DNA of 63,940 nucleotides, the filler included, from Cladosporium halotolerans (taxonomy: Eukaryota), in the NCBI RefSeq assembly GCF_011745625.1. It is 6 parts of 6 records of this genome, joined end to end, with 100 filler letters (N's around TTAATTAATTAA, not from the genome) between each part and the next. Parts side by side here need not be neighbours in the genome. Positions count along the whole stretch, not along the records: positions 36,214 to 47,797 come from NW_027191586.1; positions 47,898 to 59,469 come from NW_027191587.1; 4 more parts are not named here. One strand, written 5' to 3'. How positions within the stretch are numbered: position 1 is the first letter of the stretch; every line of letters begins with the position of its first letter. Position numbers and translations under genes: made by a program. Positions 46,101 through 56,489 of the stretch are shown piece after piece. The notes below the pieces were generated by a model. The model was not told where the DNA came from. It did no database searches and was given only the letters and a program-made list of their open reading frames with translations.

Positions 46101-46981
46101 TTGAGCAAACTGGAGACTGGACCCTGCCAGTCGTCACAGGAATCCGAGAACACACGTCGAAAGTTGAAGACGCTGGGGGCCGGGTCACTTTGACATGGCT
46201 CCCAAAATCGCGACCATTACGAAGGCTATAAGTTTGCCGACGCCGCGGCGCAACGAGCAGCGAAGCAGCAGCCTAAAGAAGTGCGTTCAGCATCGCTGTC
46301 GTACGTGAAGCAAGCAGTGAAGGGGAGGTGGAAGTCACGGACTAAACCCAATAAGCACATCGAAGACTCGAAGAAATCAACCGCTGCGCGATACCTACAG
46401 CTCAAATCAGGCCACGCCATCACAGGCGTTCACCTGCTGAGAATCGGCAAAGTCCGAGACGCACGTTGCTGGTGGTGCGGCAGTAGCAGGCAGACAGTCG
46501 CACACCTCATGCTAGAGTGTCGGAAGTGGCGAAGACAAAGAGACAAGATGCTACGGGTCTTGATCTCCAACAAGATAGTCATAAGCGCAAGGCGAGACCA
46601 CGCGGACCTGAAGATCCTGTTCCAAGACAACGCTATTGAACAGGCACTTCGCTTCATTGAAAGCACAGAAGTGGGGAAGAAGCTGACGGAAGATGCGGAC
46701 AACCATGATTCATGGGACATCGATCGACTAGATCAAGGGGAAGACGAGGGGCCAGTGTGATGGAAGGAGAAGAGATGAGAAGACGAGGATGACAATAAAG
46801 TAGGAGGGCCAACCGCCCAAAAGCTGTGGCGGCTTGTTGAAGTCGGGACAGCGAGCAGGATTGTGAAGGATAACCGGCAACGCGGGAGCATAGGAAGAGC
46901 CAGAGAAGTCATCTAGAAAATAGCTAGATCTGTCATAAGCTCAATAGCTTGAATACAGTATGATCTAAAAAAAAAAAAAAA
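43127..46981 (+). mobile_element. Tad1-clade LINE, 5'-truncated ORF2 (APE + RT + RNase H-like + CCHC), frameshift near 46205, stop 46760, poly(A) 46967-46981
   Basis: GDFNA, SIIDLT, SDH; LLDVKGAFD, LPQGSPVSP, FVDD; CWWC...HLMLEC; A15 tail. Confidence 0.93.
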
Positions 46982-47698
46982 GTCTGCAAAGATACGTCGC
47001 AATGGCCCCCTGGCGCGACTCACATCGACAGCAATTGGTTGCAAGTTTTGCCGTGGGATACAATCGACGGCCGTCCTACGAAAGCAGACGTCCGAACATT
47101 GCCGAGACCCGGCGTGGTCTTAGACGCCTGCAGCACAATGTATCAGATCCATATTTGGAATGATCCTGCAGTCGAGTGGGTATCTCGCCTGCAAGGCGCA
47201 CCTGAATGAGGTTTTGTGTGGGAGATTATTCGAATCCAAGCAGCGTAACAACGCACCTCGCCTTTCTCTGAGAGTCGGCCTCAAAAGGAAATTTGAGCTA
47301 GGAGAATTCTGCGTAACCGGACATTGAAAAAGCAAAGATTTTTGCGGACCCAAAGCATCGAACTTCTACGCACGAAGGGATATCGCCAGTGGATCGACCA
47401 AATATCAGTAGACTTATGGTAGAGTTGCTAAGGCGGTCGAACTCACCTGTTCCTCTTCCTGTGAATCTCAGAATTCGTCTTGGGGGACGAAAGAGCAAGC
47501 TTTGGCCTGGTCTAAAGCCTGCCTGAACACTGGATATACTATAGTAGATATCTGTTCCGTAGTATTGGTATTGGAATAGACTGGTAAAAGAGACAGGCTT
47601 GCGCTTTGTTTATGGCTTTGTACTGCTGCCCCAGGCGCTTTTTGGGGCGGTACAAAAGTCGAGCTGCAAAATTGTACACGGCCAGCAGGAGTGGATAA

Positions 47699-47797
47699 CA
47701 GGGTGTTCATCAGACAGACACAGACAGACTGTCTGTCTGTCTGATCACGTAATCAGACAAACAGACATCGGCAAAGTCATTATATAAGCAGACCAGA
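47699..47797 (+). mobile_element. hAT-like terminus at the contig end (same family as 12092-12189)
   Basis: CAGGGTGTTCATCAGAC...; 98-bp identity to the reverse complement of 12092-12189. Confidence 0.75.
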
Positions 47798-47897
47798 NNN
47801 NNNNNNNNNNNNNNNNNNNNNNNNNNNNNNNNNNNNNNNNNTTAATTAATTAANNNNNNNNNNNNNNNNNNNNNNNNNNNNNNNNNNNNNNNNNNNN
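47798..47897. other. Artificial contig spacer
   Basis: N44-TTAATTAATTAA-N44. Confidence 0.97.
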
Positions 47898-49033
47898 GTA
47901 CCGACACGCGCATCCGTTCTCTCGAGCCACGTAGCAGTCTCTCCGGCCGGGGTTTGATCCCGCCTGCTCTCAGGTACACCGAGGGTCAGAGCCCATTGAA
48001 GGGGTGAGGTCCTCGGAGCCAGCAGTGGCTGCTACGCACTACGCCCCGCGAGTGCCTTGCGACACCCGTTTCGCGTTGCCTACGAGGGTCTCCCCACGGT
48101 AGGCCGACCGTGTCTCGCAGGGGCGGTCCTGTAGACTCCTCGCCGGGCAGCCTATGCACCTGTCCCCTACTAACCTAGCTTGTATCCACCTTTTCCTAGG
48201 ACCGGCCTGTGACACTCCCTGCGCTTCGTATACAGCTGGCCTGTGTGCCCCTCCGCTCTGCCCTCCCTATAGTGGACTGTGACATCTCTTTTCTGCGCTG
48301 GACTGTGACCCCTCCCTTTCCTCGTCCGTAAGTGGTAATCGTGCCAGAGTACGGTAGTCGTATCAGGAAGGCCTTAACAGAGGCGCGAGAAGGGGGCTTA
48401 ACAGTTCTCTAGAGCGGGTGCGCGGCGGGCGGCTTAACAAGGTCTGTATGCTTATTCGCAGTTAGCTCTTAACAGGTTCCCTAAAAATCGGTTTGCAGTT
48501 CCCCTCGTCACGTCTTTCTCGCTGATCCGGCGTGCTCTCAGAGTAGTTCAAGCTCAGAGGTGTCCTGTCGCGCCCCTGGGGCTTCCACATTGCTGCAGCG
48601 AGTAGAACGCTACAGCGCGGGTTCTGCGCGCGACTGCAGAACAGGAGCGCGTCGGATGGTTTTCGTATCCAGTATCCTCTTGGCCTTCTTTAATGAGAGA
48701 TTCCATTCTTGACGAAGGGAGTAGCGTAATGGAGCAGTCACAGGGCGGCGTGTAGTACTCCTGCCCCTGGGACTTCGCGACCGGTCGCGGCGGTCAGGCG
48801 GCGACAGCGGCCATCTCTCATTGCCCCTACACTTAGCCAGCTCGTAACCACGAGCTGTTTCCACCTGCGGCGGCGTGGACGCGTGTAGTAGGTCTTCGCA
48901 GGCTCCCCATAGACTGATTTGATCTCGTAACGTAGAAAGCTTCCCCACCTTAGGCACGGACACACCTCAGGCACGCTTGACGCGACACCAACGCGCCTTC
49001 TTCTTCGCGTGATATCTCCACAATCGCAATTCA

Positions 49034-50914
49034 ATGGACCTAGCGCTTGCAGAAATAAGGTCTTCTGATGGTTTGAAGATATCCGATGTAGCAAAAAAGC
49101 ACGGAGTCACCAGATCCGCGCTCAGCAAGCGCGTCAATGCGAAAACCTCCTCAAAGGCTCGAGGCTACGAGTCTCAGAGGATGCTCAACGATAAGCAAGA
49201 GGAAGAACTTATAAAGTATATACACCATCTTTGTGAGCGATGCCTTCCACCTACACCCAAGATTGTGGCCAATATAGCCCAGGAACTGTGTGGGAGAAGG
49301 CTTTCAAAGAGCTGGTCCTCGCGCTTCGTGGCGAGACACAAGCACAGGCTCGATGCCCGATATCTCAACACCATCGACCTCGCACGTCACAGAGCTGATT
49401 CCAGGAGTAACTATGAGGCCTACTTCGCCATCGTCGGCCAAAAGGTAGAAGAATACAAGATAAGTGCGGACAATATATACAACATGGACGAGAAGGGCTT
49501 TCTCATCGGCAAGCTGCAGAAGTCACGAAGGATCTTCACACAAGAGCTGTACGAGCGTGGAAACCTCGCCAAAGCAGGCCAAGATGGTAGTAGAGAGTGG
49601 ATCACGGTTGCGGCCACGATTTGCGCAGACGGCACGCGTTTGCCGCCAGCTCTGATCTACAAGGCGGTCTCAGGCAACTTGCAGGACACGTGGCTCAATG
49701 GTTTCGATCCGGATGGGCACGACTGTCACTTTGCATCATCGCCCAAAGGGTGGACAAGCGACGAGCTTGGTTACAGCTGGCTGACAGGCTTGTTCGACAA
49801 GGAAACGGCGTCCAAGGCGAGGCGATCTCACAGGCTCTTATTCGTTGACGGACATGGCTCACATGTCAACATGAAGTTCCTTGACTGGTGTGAGCAGCAC
49901 AAAGTCTTACTTGCCGTCTTCCCGCCTCACTCCACGCACATGCTGCAGCCCCTAGATGTGGGCATCTTTGCGCCACTGGCCAATTACTACAGCCAGGCGC
50001 TTGACGACCTTGTCAGGAAGTCGGAAGGGCACACAAACATCAACAAACGAGACTTCTTCTCTCTCTTCTGGCCAGCCTTTGAGAAGGCCTTTACGAAAGA
50101 TAACGTAGTATCCGCTTGGTCGAATACAGGCATCTGGCCCTTTGATCCTCTGAAGGTGCTCAGTTCCTTCCCCGAAGCCCATGAAGTGAAGACCAGGTCT
50201 CAGCAAAGCACGCCACGCTCGAGCAACAGTCCACCGAGTATATACGATTCGCCATCGAAGACAAGAAGGCTCAGAAGTATGCTCAGCGTCGACTCGGCGC
50301 GTAGCGACGACAAGACGCAAAAGACGTTGGAGAGGCTGAGTGACACAGTGCTCGGCCTCTCAGCGAAGCTTGTGTTGTCAAACCTGAGAGTCAAGCACTT
50401 GAGTGAGTCTCTCCACAAGCAGGAGGAGCGGAAGAAGAGGAAAAGGAAAGTCATCGAAGAGCTAAGGGCGTCTGGCTCGTCCGAGACGCTGTTCATGAGC
50501 CCCTCTAAAATCCAGAAGACTCGAGACATCGTATCGAGCAGAGAGCAGGAGAAAGAGCAGCTGCAGCAGGAAAAAAGAGCCAGAGCTCAAGTACGCGCTC
50601 AAGAGAAGGCTCAAAGGGAAGTAGAAGCGCAGAGAAAGCGAGATGAGCGAGCTGCAACTGCTTTTGCTCGCAAGACAGCTGCGGCTCAAAAGAAGGCCGC
50701 AGCTCAGGCGGCACGAGAGGCGAGAAAAGCTCAGAAACAGACTAGAACGGACTCGAGAGCTGGGTATAGGCGGTCCCGAAACCGATCAGAGAGAGAGATA
50801 GCTGCTCAAAAGGCTCCAAACACTATACAGGAACCAGTAGTCACTGAGCCTGTAGAGCAGGCGAAGACGGCGAAAGGCCGGCTAGTACGCCGCCCAGCAC
50901 GGTTCAGAACATGA
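49034..50914 (+). CDS. pogo/Fot1 DDE transposase (intact, 626 aa)
   Basis: HTH, NMDEKGF, FVDGHGSH, QPLDVGIF, coiled-coil tail. Confidence 0.93.
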   Translation: MDLALAEIRSSDGLKISDVAKKHGVTRSALSKRVNAKTSSKARGYESQRMLNDKQEEELIKYIHHLCERCLPPTPKIVANIAQELCGRRLSKSWSSRFVARHKHRLDARYLNTIDLARHRADSRSNYEAYFAIVGQKVEEYKISADNIYNMDEKGFLIGKLQKSRRIFTQELYERGNLAKAGQDGSREWITVAATICADGTRLPPALIYKAVSGNLQDTWLNGFDPDGHDCHFASSPKGWTSDELGYSWLTGLFDKETASKARRSHRLLFVDGHGSHVNMKFLDWCEQHKVLLAVFPPHSTHMLQPLDVGIFAPLANYYSQALDDLVRKSEGHTNINKRDFFSLFWPAFEKAFTKDNVVSAWSNTGIWPFDPLKVLSSFPEAHEVKTRSQQSTPRSSNSPPSIYDSPSKTRRLRSMLSVDSARSDDKTQKTLERLSDTVLGLSAKLVLSNLRVKHLSESLHKQEERKKRKRKVIEELRASGSSETLFMSPSKIQKTRDIVSSREQEKEQLQQEKRARAQVRAQEKAQREVEAQRKRDERAATAFARKTAAAQKKAAAQAAREARKAQKQTRTDSRAGYRRSRNRSEREIAAQKAPNTIQEPVVTEPVEQAKTAKGRLVRRPARFRT

Positions 50915-51077
50915 AATTAATGCAGTATTGTAGAGTAGTACTGTGTCATCCTAGAGATATGTTTTCAGCCGTATACAATCGGTAATGTGTGAGTTGTAGG
51001 TAGTGGAAGCTCATTGACACCGGGCTCGTAAAGCGTGCCTGAGGTGTGTCCGTGCCTGAGGTGGGGAAGCTTTTTTA

Positions 51078-52921
51078 GATGGTGGGGAACTTGGCCGGGT
51101 GGGGAACTTGGCCAGAAATTTGTGATTGCTCTTGTACATCGACGTGTAGCCCAACAACGAACGCGACTTTACGCGATATGGACGCGTATACTGAGACTAT
51201 GTTGCAAGAAGCTATCTTGGAATACAAGTCAGGTAGATACAAGTCTGTTCGGGCGTGTGCGATAACAAAAGGTGTCCCCCGGTCAACATTGCAGTATCGC
51301 CTGGCCGGACACACCTCTCGCTCTCACGGCCACGAAAATGCTCAGATCCTTACGAATGCCGAAGAGAAGACTCTTGTACGCTGGTTGACTAGACTGACAA
51401 GTACCGGCTTCCCTGCATCTCCGGTGTTGGCTGTCGAAATGGCCGATGAAATTCGCCATTCCCGGATGCAGCTTTCAAGGAATCCGACTCAGGCTTCGTT
51501 GCACACACAACCTATAGGCGACAAATGGCTGCATCGGTTCCGCACCCGCCACCCTGAAATCCAAGGCATATGGACACGCCAGATCGATGGTGCACGGCAT
51601 AAAGCAGCTACTGCAGAAGCAGTAAAGCCATGGTTCGAGACAGTGACGGAGCTCCAGCTGCAGCACCAGTACCCTCCTGAACGACGGTACAACATGGACG
51701 AGTCAGGCTTTGCAGTAGGAACAAGCCAGTCGTCCAGAGCACTGGTCAACATCAGAGAGAAGTCAAGCTGGAAGGTTGTACACGGCCGGCAAGAGTGGAT
51801 AACGGCGATTGAGTGCATCAGCGCAGCTGGCGTGGCGATACCGCCACTCATCATCTTCAAGGCGAAGCACACGAACACGGGCTGGATCCCTGAGCACACA
51901 CCCGCAAGTTGGCGGTTCTCTACAAGCAACAGTGGCTGGACCTCAGATAGTCATGGCTACGAATGGTTGACGACGGTGTTCGAGCCTTTGACAAGGCCGG
52001 AGGATCCAAGTCTCCGTCGTCTATTGATTGCAGACGGCCACAGTAGCCACGTAACAGCACGTGTAATTGCCTTCTGTATGGAGCATGCGATCGATTTGCT
52101 CATACTGCCACCTCACTGCTCGCATGAGCTTCAACCCCTCGATGTGGGCGTGTTTGCGCCGCTTAAACGCGCGCTCGCTCGGGAGACTGACGGAGTCGCC
52201 AGGCTCGACTCTGGACGGATGTCGAAGGTGGAATGGACCGAGATGTATATCAGGGCTCGCGGTAGAGCTTTAATAACGCAAAATATCTGCAGTGGGTGGA
52301 GGGCGGCTGGTCTCGAGCCACTGAGTCCGATCACTGTCCTTAACAGGCTCGGCTCAAGAGCTGATGCGGCGCAGTTCGAACCACGAACACCGGGACAGAC
52401 GTCGAGCTTAGACCTCTCCTTGCTGAATAGCTCACCGCCAGACGGGACCGAATTGCGTCAAGCAAATGCTTTGTTGAATTCCGAGTTGAGTAAGGTGGCA
52501 GGTCTCGCATCTCCAATCCGACGTTACACTAAGCGTCTGACCAAGGCTGTAGAATCGACCCAGAGCGAGCTCGTAACGATTCGCCAGCAATTGACCGAAA
52601 CACAAGGGCTTCTATGTACCCGTCAGAAGAGAAAAAGAGGCAAAAGAATCTTGTTGAAGGGCAAGTATGTGTTCAGCACCGAAGAAGTTCTCGAAATCGC
52701 GAAGGAAGCAGAGAAGAAGACAGCGGCAAACAAAACCCGTAAGAAGCGCAAAACTTCTCCGGTCATGGTAGAAATGACACAGACTAGACTCGATATGTCT
52801 GAGAGTGATGTAAGCGACTCTGGGTCTGATTGCATTGTTGTGGCGTCGTCAAGATAACTTTGAGTAACAAAATCCGAAAGTTCATGGCCAAGTTCCCCAC
52901 CCGGCCAAGTTCCCCACCATC
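51078..52921 (+). mobile_element. pogo/Fot1 element B with 37-bp perfect TIRs and TA TSD
   Basis: GATGGTGGGGAACTTGGCCGGGTGGGGAACTTGGCCA at 51078-51114 and inverted at 52885-52921; TA at 51076-51077 and 52922-52923. Confidence 0.95.
51178..52857 (+). CDS. pogo/Fot1 DDE transposase (intact)
   Basis: ATG at 51178 (MDAYTET); GVPRSTL HTH, NMDESGF, IADGHSSH, QPLDVGVF, C-terminal SDCIVV. Confidence 0.93.
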   Translation: MDAYTETMLQEAILEYKSGRYKSVRACAITKGVPRSTLQYRLAGHTSRSHGHENAQILTNAEEKTLVRWLTRLTSTGFPASPVLAVEMADEIRHSRMQLSRNPTQASLHTQPIGDKWLHRFRTRHPEIQGIWTRQIDGARHKAATAEAVKPWFETVTELQLQHQYPPERRYNMDESGFAVGTSQSSRALVNIREKSSWKVVHGRQEWITAIECISAAGVAIPPLIIFKAKHTNTGWIPEHTPASWRFSTSNSGWTSDSHGYEWLTTVFEPLTRPEDPSLRRLLIADGHSSHVTARVIAFCMEHAIDLLILPPHCSHELQPLDVGVFAPLKRALARETDGVARLDSGRMSKVEWTEMYIRARGRALITQNICSGWRAAGLEPLSPITVLNRLGSRADAAQFEPRTPGQTSSLDLSLLNSSPPDGTELRQANALLNSELSKVAGLASPIRRYTKRLTKAVESTQSELVTIRQQLTETQGLLCTRQKRKRGKRILLKGKYVFSTEEVLEIAKEAEKKTAANKTRKKRKTSPVMVEMTQTRLDMSESDVSDSGSDCIVVASSR

Positions 52922-53041
52922 TACGTTACGGCGTTATTCAGGTGCAGTTCCCTTACCTGTCGTGGTAGTAGCCCAGGTGGAAGCTCCTTCTTTTGTGACC
53001 GGTGGCCATGGCCATCCTGCCAAGGAGTCTATGATACAATA

Positions 53042-55752
53042 CAGTGGTGTTATTGGATTGGATTCTTACAGGACTGGATGGATCCGGATAGATATTGGAT
53101 GGATTGGATGAAGCTCGTCAGCATTATTGGATTATTGGATTGACCCTCGTGGATCCAATTGGATCCAATTGTCCGAAAACGGTAAGCAGGTACATTGTTG
53201 TGGTACATTACGACAGCGGCGTTCTCGCGCGTCGCTGTCGCGTGCATATCGTGTTTACATCGGATGTCGAATTATGCTCGTCGCAAGAAACCAATATCCA
53301 TAGCATCACACACATATATGGCAGCAACTAGTTCGTTTTTTGGCAGTGCTCGCTCTAGTGCTTCAGATAAGATCACGCTTTGTCCCAGCAACCCCGCCTT
53401 CTCCGAAAGCACGAGCCCCGACAAGTTCACGATCCATGGCAACCAGTACACGCGCAAGTCGGCTTTCGCATCACTACGCCGATCGAGAGAGCGGCGCTCA
53501 CCAATCTGGCGATTTGGCGAAGCTCTTGTGCGCGTCGAAAATGGCGCAGAGGTCTACTACTGCTGGACTTGTGAGTGTGAGAGAAGACAACAAGAGTTGC
53601 CGATTCTGAAGGGCAATTCTTCAGCATTGAACCACATGATGAGCTACGGGTACGATCGTGAAGGTGTCAAGACTGAAAGAAGCGCGCATACTATCCTTGG
53701 AACTACCGCCCTTTACACGCTCGTTACCGCTACACGATTGGAGAGCTTCAAAGCTCTTCTGATACGCTGGATTGTTTATTGTCATATTGCCTTTGCTATG
53801 CTCGAGAATGAATATTTTCGAGATTTACTGGCATGCTTGAACAAATCAGTCGCAGACTTACTACCACGCGCACGTGCAACGCTACGGAAGTGGGTGACGG
53901 AGGAATATACCGCCCAAAGAGAGATACTGAAGGAGGAGTTGGCACAACCGGTCAGCAGTATCCACCTCTCTTTCGATCTTTGGACGGCACCGAACTACAT
54001 CGCTATCTTGAGTATCTACGGTCATTGGATCAGCCCGTCAGGACAGAGGATGAACAAGCTGCTCGCCTTTCGTCGGGTGTTTGGCAAGCACGCTAGCGAA
54101 AACCAAGCGCAGATCGTGCTTGAGGGTTTGCGAGAACTTCAGATTCGAGATAGGATCGGCTGTGTGGTGGGCGATAACGCTGCTACAAATGACACTGCGG
54201 TGTCTGCTATCTTGGAAGTTCTGCAGCCCACACTTACCAAGAAACAACGTTCAGCATTTCGGATCCGATGTTTGGGCCATATTATCAACCTCTGTGCCCA
54301 TGCACTGATCTTCGACAAAGGTCGAGGCAACAGGAGGGAAGCTTTCGCGCGATCAGAAATTAAGGGGGATGAGAGTGGCTTGGCTTCTGTATGGCGGCAG
54401 ATCGGTGCAGTGGGAAGACTGCACAACATCGTCAAGTACATACGATGGTCGCCCCAGAGGCGCGAAGAGTTCGCGAACTGCATCCAAGGAGGCGAACTAG
54501 CCGACTTCGACGAGCTTGAGCTTATACAGGACAACGATACACGCTGGAACTCGTTCTACCTCGCCATTTCACGCGCTCTGGAGGTCAAGGACAGGCTTGA
54601 GATGTTTTGCAAGAAGCATAAGCCAGACCCGAGGTCTGGCGCTTTGGCAGATGACCTCCTGACACATACACACTGGTATCATCTGATTCTGAGCAGGTTA
54701 AGAGACTGCCTCAACGTTTTCCATATTTCTACCCTTGACGTTGAAGGGAACGGTGCTTTCTTCTACGACTGGTTCCCACAACTCTCGTGGCTACTAGACG
54801 AACTTGACAACTGGCGTGTAGATTTCGCTGATGAAGCCTCGAAAGATCCCACATTCGCAACACTTTCGAACGCTGCACAACACGTTTGGGTAAAGTGTGA
54901 GAAGTACTACAAGCTCGCTGACGATACGCCGTTCCCGTACGCTGCCGTAATCTTGAACCCGACAATGAAGAAGCAATGGTTCGTCGACAGATGGGCTTCC
55001 GGCACTGCTGAACAACGTACCTGGATCTCACAGGTAGAGGAGCAAGTGAGGCAACACTGGCTGCGATTCTACAAGCATAAAGGCAGACCGGCGAGACCTT
55101 CACCTCCAAGTCCCGGACGCGCTATTCCATCTGCAGCGTCCGACGATTTGAGGGAGCGCTTGAGGGTGTACAAGAGGGTGAAGCTTGGCCATGAGGCTCT
55201 GTCCGAGGAAGTGGATGACTTCGAAGAGTACTTGCGTACAGATCTGATGCCACACAGCGCTACATTCGACCCTGTCAAGTACTGGCTGCACCGCCGCCAA
55301 GCAACGCCTCAGCTCGCTAGGTTCGCTTTAGACTGTCTAGCAATCCCCTCGATGAGTGATGACTGCGAACGTTCCTTCAGCTCGGGACGAGATCTCATCC
55401 ACTACAAACGCAGCCGGTTACTGTGCGATGTCATCGAAGCATGTACATGTCTACGAGATTGGTATGGTAAGCCAAGTGCAAAAAAGGTCAGAGCCGGCAA
55501 AGTGGATGAAGACGGCAAGGAGATGGCCTCTGAGCAAGTGTACGAGGACTTTAACCGTGAGGAACAGGTGCAGGACGCATATGATAGTGACAAACGATTG
55601 TAAAGATAGGAATGAAATGATCTACAATGACTTTCCCAATTCGGTAGTGGAGTCTATTGGATATGTTGGATTCCTTGGATATCCACCGACATCTAGTTGG
55701 ATGGATTGGATTGGGGGTAAATCCAATCCAATCCAGTCCAATAACATCACTG
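53042..55752 (+). mobile_element. hAT transposon with 16-bp TIRs and ATTGG/TTGGA subterminal repeats; no TSD
   Basis: CAGTGGTGTTATTGGA (53042) versus CAGTGATGTTATTGGA (minus strand from 55752); the flanks ATACAATA and CGTGACAA differ. Confidence 0.92.
53264..55603 (+). CDS. hAT transposase (BED finger, DDE, dimerisation domain), open frame; start ATG at 53264 or 53318
   Basis: IWRF...YYCWTC, SFDLWT, GDNAATN, RCLGHIINL, TRWNS, LAIPSMSDDCERSFS. Confidence 0.92.
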   Translation: MSNYARRKKPISIASHTYMAATSSFFGSARSSASDKITLCPSNPAFSESTSPDKFTIHGNQYTRKSAFASLRRSRERRSPIWRFGEALVRVENGAEVYYCWTCECERRQQELPILKGNSSALNHMMSYGYDREGVKTERSAHTILGTTALYTLVTATRLESFKALLIRWIVYCHIAFAMLENEYFRDLLACLNKSVADLLPRARATLRKWVTEEYTAQREILKEELAQPVSSIHLSFDLWTAPNYIAILSIYGHWISPSGQRMNKLLAFRRVFGKHASENQAQIVLEGLRELQIRDRIGCVVGDNAATNDTAVSAILEVLQPTLTKKQRSAFRIRCLGHIINLCAHALIFDKGRGNRREAFARSEIKGDESGLASVWRQIGAVGRLHNIVKYIRWSPQRREEFANCIQGGELADFDELELIQDNDTRWNSFYLAISRALEVKDRLEMFCKKHKPDPRSGALADDLLTHTHWYHLILSRLRDCLNVFHISTLDVEGNGAFFYDWFPQLSWLLDELDNWRVDFADEASKDPTFATLSNAAQHVWVKCEKYYKLADDTPFPYAAVILNPTMKKQWFVDRWASGTAEQRTWISQVEEQVRQHWLRFYKHKGRPARPSPPSPGRAIPSAASDDLRERLRVYKRVKLGHEALSEEVDDFEEYLRTDLMPHSATFDPVKYWLHRRQATPQLARFALDCLAIPSMSDDCERSFSSGRDLIHYKRSRLLCDVIEACTCLRDWYGKPSAKKVRAGKVDEDGKEMASEQVYEDFNREEQVQDAYDSDKRL

Positions 55753-56489
55753 CGTGACAATGGGCAACTTCGCGCCGGAAGGCAGAATTTGGAATTGCGA
55801 CGTGATACCGTGGAGAATACTAGAGTCGAAGAGTCAGATCGCATGCGCATAGGTGGTCAGCATCTTCAAACCCAGGATTTTGCACCAGAGTAAGAGCGTA
55901 CTCCACAATCACATCTTCGGAAAACTGCGGAGCTTCAGTTCGCTCTCTTAGTTCTGACCAAAAGACAACCTCCATGGCTTCTTATACTTGAAGGCGACAG
56001 CAAACATCTTCGCATTCATCTCCATAAAGATCTAGCTCGCATCACCTCTCGCCAAAATTGCAAAGGGCAGCTGAGATCCAGACTCGGGGTCGGGCTCAGG
56101 CTCAGGCAGTACCATTCTCCAGCTCTTGACTTTTTTGACTTCTATTTTCGCCCTGCCAGTGGGGTTTTCCCATAGATCATCTACTGGCTGAGTAGGATCA
56201 ACATGAAGGGCGGCGAATGCTGCTGCTTGTGCTCCACAAGACGGCTCAACGCTTTTCTTTTGCTGAGATACCGCTGTCTGCACAGCCTCCTTAGCGTGCT
56301 CGATGCTTTCGCAACCATATCCGCCCTCAGATGGAGTAGATGAACCTGCTTTACTCCAAAGTATGCACGGCATAGCAGTCTGCGGCTTGAGTTGTACAAG
56401 CTGGCCTGCTCAGCATGCAAGGGACTTTGAGTTTAGTATCGAAGATGCAGAATTATGTTGCGCTCCTTTTCATGCCGAACAACCCATTT

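Larger units (their letters stand above)
48930..52926 (+). mobile_element. pogo/Fot1 element A; its right TIR is split by element B; TA TSD at 48928-48929 and 52927-52928
   Basis: Left TIR ACGTAGAAAGCTTCCCCACC...GGCACGCTT (48930-48978); right TIR 51031-51077 plus the displaced CGT at 52924-52926. Confidence 0.9.

Noticed and set aside
47898..48927. Possible LTR-retrotransposon leader or gag relic (CTGTGAC and CTTAACA repeats, Arg/Ser-rich frame)
   Set aside because: No diagnostic gag, LTR or PBS could be defined; used only as the host frame for the nested pogo insertions.
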